Shown: positions 1-9,542 of the stretch, piece after piece
Position numbering within the stretch: the stretch's first letter is position 1
Layout of the letters: every line of letters begins with the position of its first letter
Source of the DNA: an uncultured Acidobacteriota bacterium
GTDB taxonomy: Bacteria; Acidobacteriota; Thermoanaerobaculia; Multivoradales; UBA5704
Assembly (NCBI GenBank): GCA_963770895.1
Contig: CAVYRF010000002.1
Span: 3,232,001-3,296,000 of the forward strand
Reading direction: 5' to 3'
Length of the DNA stretch: 64,000 bases
Program-made: the position numbers and the translations under genes
The notes under the pieces: model-generated
What the model was told of the DNA's origin: nothing
Databases searched by the model: none
The model's input: the letters and a program-made list of their open reading frames with translations, nothing else

Positions 1-2839
1 TGGTGCCGGTCAGCGGCAGGATGAGCAGCACGCCGGTCAGGCCCAGCGGCACCGACAGCAGGATCAGCAGCGGATCGACGAAAGACTTGAACTGCGCCAC
101 CATGATGAGATAGAGCAGCAGCACCGACAGGATGAGCCCCAGCGCGAAGCTGTGGAACGACTCGTTCATGCCGCGCACCATGCCGCGCAGGTTGATGCGC
201 ACGTTGGCCGGCACCTTCATATCCTTGACGATGCGCTCGATGGCGCCGCTCAGGCGGCCCAGGTCTTCGCCCGCGGGCGTGACGTACACGTCGCTGACGC
301 GCTGGATCTGGTAGTGGTCGACCTCGGTGGGGGTCTGCATGTGGGTGAGCTTCACCACGGTGTCCAGGGTGGTCGGCTGCGGCAGGTTGGGCGCCCGCAG
401 GGGAATGCTCTTCAGGTCCACCAGGTCGTGGATCGCCGCCGGGCCGTGCTCAAAATATTGCACCGTCAGGTAGTAGGCGTTGCCGCTCTTGGGATCGACC
501 CAGTAGTTGGGAGCGATCATCGAATCGGAGTTGAGCGCGGTGATGACGTTGTGCACCACGTCCTGCTGCGACAGGCCCAGTTCGGCGGCGTGGATGCGGT
601 CGACGTCCAGCCGCACCGCCGGATAGTTCATGTCCTGCGGGATGTACACCTCGCCGACGCCCGACAGGCGGCGGATGCGCGCCGCCAGGTTCTGCGCCAG
701 GGCGTAGCCGCGGGCCAGGTCCGGACTGCTGACCTGCACGTCGATCGGCGCCGGCAGTCCGGTGTTGAGCACCGCGTCGACCATCGAGCCGGTCTGAAAG
801 AACGTCCGCAGTTGCGGATACTGGCTGGCGATGCCCTGGCGCACGCGCTCCATGTAGGTGAAGCTGCTTTCGGCGTGCGCATCGGCGAGCGCCACCTGGA
901 TGGTCGCCGTGTAGGGGCCGGCGTTGGTGGTGTAGAGCGCCGAAAAGTCCGGCACCACGCCGATGTTCGACACCACCATGCGGAAGTCACGCGGCGGCAC
1001 GACGCGGCGGATGAGATCTTCGACCTGCGCCACGTACTGCTCGGTAATCTCAATGCGCGTGCCGGTCGGCACCTTCAGGTTGATGGTGAACTGGCCGGCG
1101 TCGGTCTGCGGGAAGAAGGCGACGCCGACAAAGGGAAGGATCGCCAGGCTGACCAGGAATATGCCGGTGAGCACGGCCACCGTCAGGGCCGGCCGCTCGA
1201 CGGCGCGCCGCACCCAGCGTTCGTAGACGTCGAGCAGCCGCACGAAGCCGTGCTCGAAGGCGGCGTTGAAGCGACCGGCAAGCGAGCGGCGTTTCGGCAC
1301 CTCGCGCTCGATCCCTTCGACGCCGCCCTCGCCCTCGACGCCCTCGACGCCGGTCACCGGTTCGTGATGCACGGCCTTCAGGAAGCGCGAGCAGAACAGA
1401 GGAATGACGGTGAGCGCCACCAGGTAGGAGGCGAGGATCGAGATCACCACCGCCAGGGCCAGGGCGGAAAAGAGAAACTTGCTGACGCCGTACAAAAAAG
1501 TGACCGGATAGAAGACCACGCAGGTGGTCAGGGTGGCGGCCAGCACCGCCAGGCTCACCTCCTCGCCGCCGGCCTCCGCCGCGCGCATGGGGTCTTCTCC
1601 CATCTCCAGGTGGCGGAAGATGTTTTCCAGCGAGATCACCGAATTGTCGATGATGCGCGAAAAGGCGAGCGCCAGGCCGCCCAGGATCATGGTGTTGACC
1701 GTGCTGCCCAAAAGCGACAGCACCATGAAGGTGAGCAGCGAGGACAGCGGGATCGACAGGAACACCGCGAAGGTGGCGCGCGGGCTGCCCAGGAACACCA
1801 GGATCATGACGCCGGTCAGCAGCAGCCCCAGGATGCCTTCGTGCAGCAGCGTCTTGATCGCCTCCTTGACGAAGGCCGACTGGTCGAACACCAGGTTGGT
1901 TGTCAGCTGCTTGGGAATGTCGAACAGGTGTGCCAGCATGTCGCGGATGCCGTCGACCACCTGGATGGTGTTGGTGTCGCCGCCCTGCTTCATGATCGGC
2001 AGGTAGACCGAGCGCTGGCTGTCCACCCGCACGATGCTGGTCTGGATCTGGTTGGCGTCGACGGCCTTGCCGATGTCCGATACCGACACCCAGTTGCTGC
2101 CCACGGTCTTGATCGGCACGCGATCCAGGTCGGCCATGGTGGGGACCATGCTGTTGGAATAGACGTAGTAGTCGAACGGTCCGATCTTGGCGTCGCCGGC
2201 GGGCAGGATGAGATTGGAGCGGTTGATCGCCGCGACCACGTCCATCAGCCCGAGCTGGCGCGCCATCGCCTTGTAGGGATCGACGTAGACCATGATCTGG
2301 CGGTATTTGCCGCCGAATGGCGGCGGGATCTCGGCGCCCGGCACCCCCGCGATCTGGTTGCGGATGGTGAACTGCCCGATGTCGTGCAGCTGCACTTCGT
2401 CCAGGCCGCGGCCCTTGAGCGTCACCAGGCAGACCGGCAGGCTGGAGGCGTCGAACTTCAGCACCACCGGCGGCAGCGTGCCCGGCGGCAGGCGCTTCAG
2501 GTCGGCGAGCGCCAGGTTCGACAGCTCGGTGACGTCGGTGTCGGCGTTGGTGCCGGGCTGGAAGTACACCTTGATGATGCTCACCCCCAGCATCGACCGC
2601 GACTCCATGTGATCGATCCCGGCGGCCAGGGTGAAGAAGCGCTCCAGCGGGTTGGTGATGTTGTTTTCGACGTCGCCCGGCGGCATGCCCGAATAGAACG
2701 TCGCCACCACCACCTGCGGCAGGTTGATGGTGGGGAACAGGTCGACGGGCATCCGCACCAGGCTGGTCACTCCGACGACCGCCACCATCAGGCAGACGAC
2801 GACGATGAAATAGGGGTGGCGGACGGCAAAGCTGGACAT
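1..2839 (-). CDS. RND efflux transporter permease subunit (AcrB/CzcA family); 3' end runs off the window
   Basis: Manual translation from ATG at 2839 gives MSSFAVRHPYFIVVVCLMVAVVGVTSLVRMPVDLFPTINLPQVVVATFYSGMPPGDVENNITNPLERFF, a typical RND N-terminus. Lies directly downstream of an adaptor gene. Not in the ORF track because it is truncated. Confidence 0.93.
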   Translation of the reverse strand, partial: MSSFAVRHPYFIVVVCLMVAVVGVTSLVRMPVDLFPTINLPQVVVATFYSGMPPGDVENNITNPLERFFTLAAGIDHMESRSMLGVSIIKVYFQPGTNADTDVTELSNLALADLKRLPPGTLPPVVLKFDASSLPVCLVTLKGRGLDEVQLHDIGQFTIRNQIAGVPGAEIPPPFGGKYRQIMVYVDPYKAMARQLGLMDVVAAINRSNLILPAGDAKIGPFDYYVYSNSMVPTMADLDRVPIKTVGSNWVSVSDIGKAVDANQIQTSIVRVDSQRSVYLPIMKQGGDTNTIQVVDGIRDMLAHLFDIPKQLTTNLVFDQSAFVKEAIKTLLHEGILGLLLTGVMILVFLGSPRATFAVFLSIPLSSLLTFMVLSLLGSTVNTMILGGLALAFSRIIDNSVISLENIFRHLEMGEDPMRAAEAGGEEVSLAVLAATLTTCVVFYPVTFLYGVSKFLFSALALAVVISILASYLVALTVIPLFCSRFLKAVHHEPVTGVEGVEGEGGVEGIEREVPKRRSLAGRFNAAFEHGFVRLLDVYERWVRRAVERPALTVAVLTGIFLVSLAILPFVGVAFFPQTDAGQFTINLKVPTGTRIEITEQYVAQVEDLIRRVVPPRDFRMVVSNIGVVPDFSALYTTNAGPYTATIQVALADAHAESSFTYMERVRQGIASQYPQLRTFFQTGSMVDAVLNTGLPAPIDVQVSSPDLARGYALAQNLAARIRRLSGVGEVYIPQDMNYPAVRLDVDRIHAAELGLSQQDVVHNVITALNSDSMIAPNYWVDPKSGNAYYLTVQYFEHGPAAIHDLVDLKSIPLRAPNLPQPTTLDTVVKLTHMQTPTEVDHYQIQRVSDVYVTPAGEDLGRLSGAIERIVKDMKVPANVRINLRGMVRGMNESFHSFALGLILSVLLLYLIMVAQFKSFVDPLLILLSVPLGLTGVLLILPLTGT

Positions 2840-2869
2840 GGCTGCTCTTTTCGGCCCTGGTGGCTGCGG

Positions 2870-4246
2870 CTATGGCTGCGGCGTGTACTGCACCAGCTGC
2901 ACCGGGTGCGGCCGCACCACCTGGCCGGGCAGCAGGCCGGAGCGGTCGCTGACCACCACGCGGTCGCCCGCCGCCAGGCCCGCAACCACTTCGGCCTCGC
3001 TGGGCGTGCGCAGACCCAGCTGGACGGTGCGGCTGGCGATGCGGTTGGACGCGTCCACCATGTCGACGGTATTGCGTTCCCCCTCCTGGGTGACGGCCTG
3101 CAGCGGCACGGCCAGCGCCTGGTCCTTGCTGTCGAGCGTCAGGGTGGCTTGGGCATAGACGCCCGGGATCAGCGCCCGATCGGGGTTCGGCACGTCCACT
3201 TCGGTGTGCATGGTGCGGGTGTCCGACTTGACGTCGACGGAGAAGCGCGCCACGTGGCCGGTGATGCTGCGGTTGAGCGACGGCACCTGGACCGCCACCG
3301 GGTCGCCGATGCGGATGAACCGGACGTAGGTTTCGGGCACCGGGATCACCAGCCGGAACAGGTCGTCCTGCGACAGCTTGACCAGCGGCATCGCCTGGCT
3401 GCCGGTGGTGCCCGCCTGCATCAGCGCTCCCAGGTTGGCGAAGCGCTGCGTCACGACACCTTCGAACGGCGCGCGGATGCGCGAGTAGTCGAACAGCGCC
3501 TGGTCCTCCGCCAGCTTGGCGGCGGCCTCCGCCAGCTGGTTGCGCACCGCGCCCAGGTTGGCGCGCGCCCCTTCGACCTGCGCCGCCGCCGCCATGTCCT
3601 TGCCCTGGGCGTCGTCCACCTCCTGCTGCGCCACCAGCCCCGGCCTCTGCTTGGCGACGCCGTTCAAGCGCTCGGCCTGGAGATGGAGGACGGCCGCCTG
3701 GGCTTCGACGCGGTGCAGGCCGTCCTGGGCGGCGGTCGCCTGGTCGCGCATGTTGCGGATGGCGGCCTGGTCCTGGTCCAGGCGCAGGCGCAGCTCGGGG
3801 ATCTCCAGCACGGCCAGCAGCTGCCCCTTCTTCACCCGGCTGCCGTAGTCGACCAACAGCTGGCTGACGTAGCCGGACTCCTTGGCGTAGATGTCGATCT
3901 CCTGGAACGGCACCAGCTCCGAGGAGATCGTCAGCTGCTGCTGGAGATGCCGCGGCGCGACGGTGGCGACTCCGACCTCGACCGTCGCCGCGGCGCCGCC
4001 GGATGCCGTCGCGGCCGCGCCCTCGCCGCCGCTCCTGCCGCCGCAGCCGCTGGCGGTCGCCACGACGGCGATCAGGCAGGCGGCGGCCAGGGCGGCGGCA
4101 CCGCGCCCGCGGCTGCCGGGGCGCCTGGGTCCGCCGGGAAGCCAGCGGCCGTCGCGGTGCCTGTGGCCATCAAAGCGCCCGCGGCCACTGCGACAGTGGC
4201 GCCGGGTAGCTGGGTCGAGACTGTGGCGGTCGGTCTGGTCGGTCAT
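2870..4246 (-). CDS. RND efflux periplasmic adaptor (membrane fusion protein)
   Basis: Lipobox-like TASGC, lipoyl halves (VDYGSRVKKGQLLAVL and IRAPFEGVVTQR) and a coiled-coil hairpin. The true start may be downstream of 4246. Confidence 0.92.
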   Translation of the reverse strand: MTDQTDRHSLDPATRRHCRSGRGRFDGHRHRDGRWLPGGPRRPGSRGRGAAALAAACLIAVVATASGCGGRSGGEGAAATASGGAAATVEVGVATVAPRHLQQQLTISSELVPFQEIDIYAKESGYVSQLLVDYGSRVKKGQLLAVLEIPELRLRLDQDQAAIRNMRDQATAAQDGLHRVEAQAAVLHLQAERLNGVAKQRPGLVAQQEVDDAQGKDMAAAAQVEGARANLGAVRNQLAEAAAKLAEDQALFDYSRIRAPFEGVVTQRFANLGALMQAGTTGSQAMPLVKLSQDDLFRLVIPVPETYVRFIRIGDPVAVQVPSLNRSITGHVARFSVDVKSDTRTMHTEVDVPNPDRALIPGVYAQATLTLDSKDQALAVPLQAVTQEGERNTVDMVDASNRIASRTVQLGLRTPSEAEVVAGLAAGDRVVVSDRSGLLPGQVVRPHPVQLVQYTPQP

Positions 4247-4338
4247 GGCGGCGGTCGGCGGGCCTGGCGGGTCGCGGCGGCGGATCGTTGCGCCGCTCGC
4301 GACCGTGCCAAGGCTACCGGTGGCCGCCGGTCAGGGGC

Positions 4339-4356
4339 ATACCGTGAGCACGGTAT
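4339..4356. promoter_or_regulatory. Palindromic operator, NarL-type 7-2-7, upstream of the RND operon
   Basis: ATACCGTG-AG-CACGGTAT is a perfect 8-2-8 inverted repeat; a NarL-family regulator is encoded at 7257. Confidence 0.55.
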
Positions 4357-4410
4357 TTTTGCCCCTGGCCGGCAGGAGACCGCCACCGCCCTTGGTGGCA
4401 GGGGCTGGGC

Positions 4411-5307
4411 TCAGAAGGGCAGGCGGCCGCTCACCACCAGGGCGTGCCGGAAGGTGCCGAAGCCGGTCACCACCTGTTCGTAGCCGCCGCCGATCGCCAG
4501 ACGCAGGCGGCCGGTGATCGGGAAGCGGCCGGCAACGGCGCCGATCGTGTAGTACACCTGGTCTTTGCCGTTGTTGGGGCCGTCGTGGTAGTGGGTCCAG
4601 TTGACCTCCAGCTCGGGCCAGAAGTGCTCCGACAGGATGTGCCCCTGGAAGGCGACGTTGGTGGTGATGGGGATCCCCAGGCCGGCCTCGTTGTTCGCCG
4701 GAACGCCGGCGCCCACGGTGGCCTGGATGTCGAAGCCCTGGGAACGCGTGCCCCAGCCCTTGCCGCCGGCGATCGTCGGCGTCCAGATGGTCTGGTTGGC
4801 GGTGAACGCCGGGTCGCCGGTGGGCACGCTCACGCCCAGGAAGGCGGTGGCGATGTAGTTGCCGTGCTCTTCGTTCTCGGCGACGATGCGGTACTTGACC
4901 AGGAAGGTCTCATCCGCCCACCCTTCCTTGGTGCCTTTGGCGGTGTTGAGCACCTGGTAGCCGGGGATGCCCAGGATGACTTCCACCGGCTCGGCCGGGA
5001 TCAGCTCCAGGCCTTTGTTGTTGCCGTAGTTGTCCAGATTGGCGCCGGCCGCGCGGGTCTGCCAGATCTGGTCGTAGCGGACCTCTTCCTCAAGCCGCGG
5101 GGTGACCGTGACGATGGGCGTCATCCAGTGCGGCTGTTCGGCCTGGGTGGCATCGACGCGTGTGGTCCACGCGGTGGAAAATCCGGTGTTGGGGTCCACG
5201 GTCGACCCGGAGGCCTGATCCGCGGCAGCGGCGACGCCCGCTCCAGCGGCGCCCAAAACGGCAGTGAAGAATACAGCAGTTGCAACGGTCCTGAGACTTG
5301 TGGTCAT
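4411..5307 (-). CDS. Secreted, probable outer-membrane beta-barrel protein of unknown function
   Basis: ATG 5307 with a GGAGGAG RBS, a Sec signal peptide (MTTSLRTVATAVFFTAVLGAAGAGVAAA), alternating amphipathic strands and a C-terminal Phe (GRLPF). Confidence 0.7.
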   Translation of the reverse strand: MTTSLRTVATAVFFTAVLGAAGAGVAAAADQASGSTVDPNTGFSTAWTTRVDATQAEQPHWMTPIVTVTPRLEEEVRYDQIWQTRAAGANLDNYGNNKGLELIPAEPVEVILGIPGYQVLNTAKGTKEGWADETFLVKYRIVAENEEHGNYIATAFLGVSVPTGDPAFTANQTIWTPTIAGGKGWGTRSQGFDIQATVGAGVPANNEAGLGIPITTNVAFQGHILSEHFWPELEVNWTHYHDGPNNGKDQVYYTIGAVAGRFPITGRLRLAIGGGYEQVVTGFGTFRHALVVSGRLPF

Positions 5308-5362
5308 ACAAAACTCCTCCCGCGCCATGGAAACTGGCGACGAAGGGGAGGCTAGCCGAGCG

Positions 5363-5386
5363 CGATATATTCTGTCAACGATATCG
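5363..5386. promoter_or_regulatory. Putative ModE box
   Basis: CGATATATTCTGTCAACGATATCG is 24 bp with CGATAT/ATATCG arms, resembles the ModE consensus CGTTATATA-N6-TATATAACG, and lies immediately upstream of a modE-like gene. Confidence 0.6.
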
Positions 5387-5455
5387 AGGATCTCCACGGC
5401 GGCAACCGCCCGTCCGCGCCGCGACCGCCGGCGGCGGGCGTGCGAGAATGAGCGC

Positions 5456-5809
5456 ATGCAGGCTTCCCCCGCCACCGTCCTGCCGCGCATCCGGGTCGTG
5501 CGCGACGGCCAGATCGCGCTGGGGCCGGGCAAGGTGGCGCTGCTCGCCGGCATCGCCCAACACGGCAGCCTGGCCGCGGCGGCGCGCGACCTGGAGATGT
5601 CGTACATGCGCGCCTGGAAGCTCACCCAGACGATGAACGCCTGCTTCCGCGAGCCGCTGATCGCGACCCGTCGCGGCGGCAGGGAGCATGGCAGCGCCGT
5701 GCTGACCGAAACCGGCCGGCAGGTGCTGGCGCTGTACCGCTGCATGGAGCAGGCGGGCCTTGCGGCGATGGCTGGCGCCTGGGAGGAGCTGCGCGCGTAC
5801 CTGGTCTAG
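5456..5809 (+). CDS. modE: Short ModE-family winged-helix regulator without molybdate-binding domains
   Basis: LGPGKVALLAGIAQHGSLAAAARDLEMSYMRAW...RGGREHGSAVLTETG is the ModE N-terminal signature; 117 aa. Confidence 0.88.
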   Translation: MQASPATVLPRIRVVRDGQIALGPGKVALLAGIAQHGSLAAAARDLEMSYMRAWKLTQTMNACFREPLIATRRGGREHGSAVLTETGRQVLALYRCMEQAGLAAMAGAWEELRAYLV

Positions 5810-5835
5810 GCGGCACGGTCGGCGGCCGGCGCCGG

Positions 5836-7260
5836 TTGCGCGAGGTGCGCGCGGCAGGGCCGCCGCGCCCGGCGTGGACGCCGCCCATCACCGCGCGCGC
5901 CGCGCTGATGGCGGGCTTTGGCGGCCTGCTGGTGCTGCTGGCGCTCTCCGGCCTGGACGGGCTTGCCGTGTTGTCGCAGGTGCAGAGCCGCAACACGGCG
6001 ATCCGGCGCGGCTACATGGAGCGGTCGCGCAGCCTGGAGCGGATCCGCGACATGGTGTACCTGTCGGGCACCTACGTGCGCGACTACCTGCTGGAGCCGG
6101 CGCCCGCCAGGGCCGAAGCGTTTCGCGCCAACCTGGACGACATCCACCGCCAGATCGGGGCGCAGCTGCTCGTCTACGGCCGGCTATCGGGAGCCGAGGA
6201 GACCCAGCCGTTGCGCTTCCTGCAGGGTGAGCTGGATGCCTACTGGCGCTCGCTGGCGCCGGTCCTGGCCTGGGGGCCGCAGCAGCGCCGCGAGCAGGGG
6301 TACGCCTTCCTGCGCGATCAGGTCTTCCCGCGGCGCACCGGCATGCTGAGCCTGGCCGACCGCATCGCGGCGATCAACGAGCGGCAGGTGGAGGTGGCCG
6401 ACCAGCGGATGGCGCGGCTGTTCGTGCGGTTCCGCAGGTGGCTCGGCGCGATCCTGGCGGCGAGCCTGGCGCTGGGGGCGCTGCTGGCCGCCGCCAGCAC
6501 GCGCAGCATCCTGCACCTGCAGGCCGAGACGGCGCGGCACCTGGCGCGGCTCGAGGAGGCGCGCCAGGAGGGGCGCGAGCTGTCGGCGCGGCTGGTCGCG
6601 GCGCAGGAGCACGAGCGCAAGGCGGTGTCGCGCGACCTGCACGACGCGGTGGGGCAGTCGCTGTCGGCGGTGCTGATGGAGCTGCACAACCTGGCGGCGG
6701 TGCTGCCGCCGGCGCCGCGCGGCGGACCCGTGGCACACCTCGAAACCATCCGGCGCCTGGTCGAGCGGTGCGTCGAAGTGGTGCGCAACATGGCGCTGAC
6801 GCTGCGCCCGTCGATGCTCGACGACCTGGGCCTGGTGCCGGCTCTGGAGTGGCAGGCGCGCGAAGCCTCGCGCCGCACGGGCATGATGGTGCACGTCGCC
6901 GCCGACGAGCTGGGGGACGAGCTGCCCGAGGACTACAGGACGTGCATCTACCGGGTGGTGCAGGAAGCGCTCACCAACTGCGCCCGCCATTCGCAGGCCG
7001 GCGAGGTGTGGATCACCCTGCGCGCCGGCGACGGCGCCATCCGGCTGTCGGTGCGCGACGACGGCAGGGGCTTTGCCGCGGGGCGCGAGCGCGGCCTGGG
7101 GCTGCTGGGAGCGGAAGAGCGGGTGGCGAACCTGGGCGGCCGCCTGCAGGTGGCGAGCGAGCCTGGCCAGGGCGCCCTGCTGTCGGCGGCGCTGCCGCTG
7201 CCGGTCGCCGCGGCGGCGGCGCCACCGGTGGCGGCGTCGTCCGAGGTGGCGGCGTCGTGA
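5836..7260 (+). CDS. Sensor histidine kinase (HisKA_3, NarX/UhpB type) with periplasmic four-helix sensor
   Basis: H-box ERKAVSRDLHDAVGQ, N-box QEALTNCARH, DDGRGF, and two TM helices. Confidence 0.92.
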   Translation: MREVRAAGPPRPAWTPPITARAALMAGFGGLLVLLALSGLDGLAVLSQVQSRNTAIRRGYMERSRSLERIRDMVYLSGTYVRDYLLEPAPARAEAFRANLDDIHRQIGAQLLVYGRLSGAEETQPLRFLQGELDAYWRSLAPVLAWGPQQRREQGYAFLRDQVFPRRTGMLSLADRIAAINERQVEVADQRMARLFVRFRRWLGAILAASLALGALLAAASTRSILHLQAETARHLARLEEARQEGRELSARLVAAQEHERKAVSRDLHDAVGQSLSAVLMELHNLAAVLPPAPRGGPVAHLETIRRLVERCVEVVRNMALTLRPSMLDDLGLVPALEWQAREASRRTGMMVHVAADELGDELPEDYRTCIYRVVQEALTNCARHSQAGEVWITLRAGDGAIRLSVRDDGRGFAAGRERGLGLLGAEERVANLGGRLQVASEPGQGALLSAALPLPVAAAAAPPVAASSEVAAS

Positions 7261-7913
7261 GCGCCAACCCCATCCGCATCCTGGTGGCGGACGATCACGC
7301 CATCATCCGCAGCGGCCTGCGCACGCTGCTGGCGCGGCAGGACGGTTTTGAGGTGGTGGGAGAAGCCGCCGACGGCAGGCAGGCGGTCGAGCTGGCGCGC
7401 GCCGCAAAGCCGGACGTCGTGATGCTCGACATCGCGATGCCCAACCTCAACGGCATCGAAGCCGCCCGCCAGATCTGCGCCGAGCTGCCGCGCAGCCACG
7501 TCGTCATCCTCAGCGTCCACGCCGACGAGGGCTACGTGCTCAAGGCGCTCAAGGCGGGGGCGCGCGGCTACCTGCTCAAGGACTCGGCGGAATCGGACAT
7601 CCTGCAGGCGGTGCGCGTGGTGCACGCCGGCAAGGCGTTTTTCAGCCCCGAGATCAGCAAGATGCTGGTCGAGGACTACGTGCGGCAGCTGCGCCATCGC
7701 GGCATGGACGACAGCTACGAGCTGCTCACCACCCGCGAGCGGGAAGTGCTGCAGCTGCTGGCCGAAGGCAAGGCCAACAAGGACATCGCCGCCATGCTGC
7801 ACCTGAGCGTCTACACCGTCGAGACGCACCGCGCCCACATCCTGCAGAAGCTCAACCTGCACAACCTGCCCGAGCTGATCCTCTACGCGGTCCGCAAGGG
7901 CGTGATCTCGTAA
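7257..7913 (+). CDS. NarL/LuxR-family response regulator
   Basis: GTG start overlaps the kinase stop. Receiver IRILVADDH...MLDIAMP and LuxR HTH LTTREREVLQLLAEGKANKDIA. Confidence 0.95.
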   Translation: MSANPIRILVADDHAIIRSGLRTLLARQDGFEVVGEAADGRQAVELARAAKPDVVMLDIAMPNLNGIEAARQICAELPRSHVVILSVHADEGYVLKALKAGARGYLLKDSAESDILQAVRVVHAGKAFFSPEISKMLVEDYVRQLRHRGMDDSYELLTTREREVLQLLAEGKANKDIAAMLHLSVYTVETHRAHILQKLNLHNLPELILYAVRKGVIS

Positions 7914-7949
7914 GGCGCCGGCCGCGCCGCGGCGAGGAAGCGCGCTTGC

Positions 7950-8510
7950 TCAAGGGGCGCCAAGGCGACGCCACGACCAGGCGTGCTCGACGGCGCGCAC
8001 CACCTCGTCGCGCGCGAACGGCTTGCGCAGGATGTCCAGGCCGCGATGGTGGCTCACCTCCTGCCACAGGTATTCGTCGGCCACCGTCGACGCCAGCAGG
8101 ACGCCCGCGCTCTGCGGCACCAGCGCCAGCCGCGCCAGCCGCCGGCGCCAGTCCTGGCCCGGCAGGTCGCGGTCCAGGACCACCACCGCGCAAGGTTCCA
8201 GCGCCAGGGTGGCGACGGCATCGTCGAGCGACGCCGCGAGCTGATGCCGCCATCCCGACTGCTCGGCGATCTGGCGCAAGCTGGCCGCCGCCCTGGGATC
8301 GCGGGTGATCAGCAGCACCGCGATCGCGGCATCGCCCCGGGCGGCAGCGGCGGGGGCGGCCGCCGCCGCGGCGCCGGCGGCGGGAGGGCCGTGGAGGGGT
8401 GCGTGCGGCGGTGCGCTGTCGGCGGGGGCGGGGGCGGGGGCGGCGGCGCGGGCGCGGTGGGAACGCGGCCTGCCGAGCGTGAAGCGCAACCATTCGCTGA
8501 GGTGGAACAT
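7950..8510 (-). CDS. Stand-alone atypical receiver-domain protein
   Basis: VLLITRDP...VVVLDRDLPGQDW...DILRKPF has the receiver-fold pattern, preceded by a low-complexity N-terminus. Confidence 0.7.
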   Translation of the reverse strand: MFHLSEWLRFTLGRPRSHRARAAAPAPAPADSAPPHAPLHGPPAAGAAAAAAPAAAARGDAAIAVLLITRDPRAAASLRQIAEQSGWRHQLAASLDDAVATLALEPCAVVVLDRDLPGQDWRRRLARLALVPQSAGVLLASTVADEYLWQEVSHHRGLDILRKPFARDEVVRAVEHAWSWRRLGAP

Positions 8511-8667
8511 CGCCTGCCATGCCTCTCTCTGGCACAAACTACGAGAGACAGGGCGGTCCGCCCATCCCGGAGCGACGGTATTTGGCGGCGCGAACGGCCG
8601 GTAGGACAGGTGAGGCGCCGGCCGGATCGGCCGGGGCTCAGCGGCGGCTCGGGGGGAGCTCAGCGGC

Positions 8668-9330
8668 TCAGATCTTGGTGACCGAATGACGCACGTCGCG
8701 GCCTTCGACGTAGTAGATGACGTCTTCGGCGATGTTGGTGGCGTGGTCGGCGATGCGTTCCAGGTTGCGGGAAATGAGCAAAAGATGCAGTGCGCGAGTG
8801 ACCGTGCGGGGGTCCTCGATCATGTAGGTGAGCAGTTCGCGGAACAGCTGGTGATACAGGCCGTCGACCGCGTCGTCGCTGCGCAGCACGGCGCTGGCCA
8901 GCTCGGTGTCGCGATTGACGAAGGCGTCCAGGCTCTGGCGCACCATGGTCTGCACCAGCTCCGAGAGGTGCGGCAGGTCGATGTACGGCTTGAGCGGCGG
9001 CTGCTCCACCAGCTGCTCGACCGATTGCGCGATGTTGACCGCCGAATCGCCGATGCGCTCGAGATCGCTGTTGATCTTCATCACTGCCACCAGGAAGCGC
9101 AGATCCACCGCCGCCGGCTGCTTGCGGCCCAGCACGCCGTGGCAAAATTCGTCGATCTCCATTTCCAGGTGATCGACCACCGTGTCGGTTGCGATCACTT
9201 CGCCGCACAGCTGCGCATTGCGCTCGAGCAGCGCCTGCGTCGCCTGGGCGACCATGTTCTCGACCATGCCGGCCATTTTCAACAGACCCTGGCGGATGCG
9301 ATCGAGATCTTGATCCAGACGTCGTTCCAT
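8668..9330 (-). CDS. phoU: Phosphate signalling complex protein PhoU
   Basis: QPAAVDLRFLVAVMKINSDLERIGD and RNLERIADHATNIAEDVIYYVEG are the two PhoU repeats. Confidence 0.97.
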   Translation of the reverse strand: MERRLDQDLDRIRQGLLKMAGMVENMVAQATQALLERNAQLCGEVIATDTVVDHLEMEIDEFCHGVLGRKQPAAVDLRFLVAVMKINSDLERIGDSAVNIAQSVEQLVEQPPLKPYIDLPHLSELVQTMVRQSLDAFVNRDTELASAVLRSDDAVDGLYHQLFRELLTYMIEDPRTVTRALHLLLISRNLERIADHATNIAEDVIYYVEGRDVRHSVTKI

Positions 9331-9420
9331 GAACTGGCAGCCCCCTTCTTCAACGCGCGGCATCTTACCTGCTCGCGAGCAGGATAGAAAGCAGCCAGAG
9401 CCCGCTGGCGGCGCGCGGCG

Positions 9421-9458
9421 GTGACAGCTTGCCGGCGTCACTGTGACGCCGACATGAC
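9421..9458 (-). promoter_or_regulatory. Pho-box-like direct repeats upstream of phoU
   Basis: The minus strand reads GTCAT-6-GTCAC-17-GTCAC (spacings 11 and 22 bp), with the last as CTGTCAC. Confidence 0.65.
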
Positions 9459-9542
9459 GACAAGTGTCCTGATGGGCGCCCTGCGGCAGGGCCACCGGGT
9501 GTGGAGCCGGCGCGCGCCGTCGGCGCGCCGCGGGCGCGGCCG

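Noticed and set aside
152-4483. 1443-aa plus-strand ORF
   Set aside because: Antisense shadow of the RND and adaptor genes caused by GC3 bias. It has no recognisable motifs. The same applies to the other long antisense ORFs such as 18025..20556, 20480..22564 and 50254..51873.
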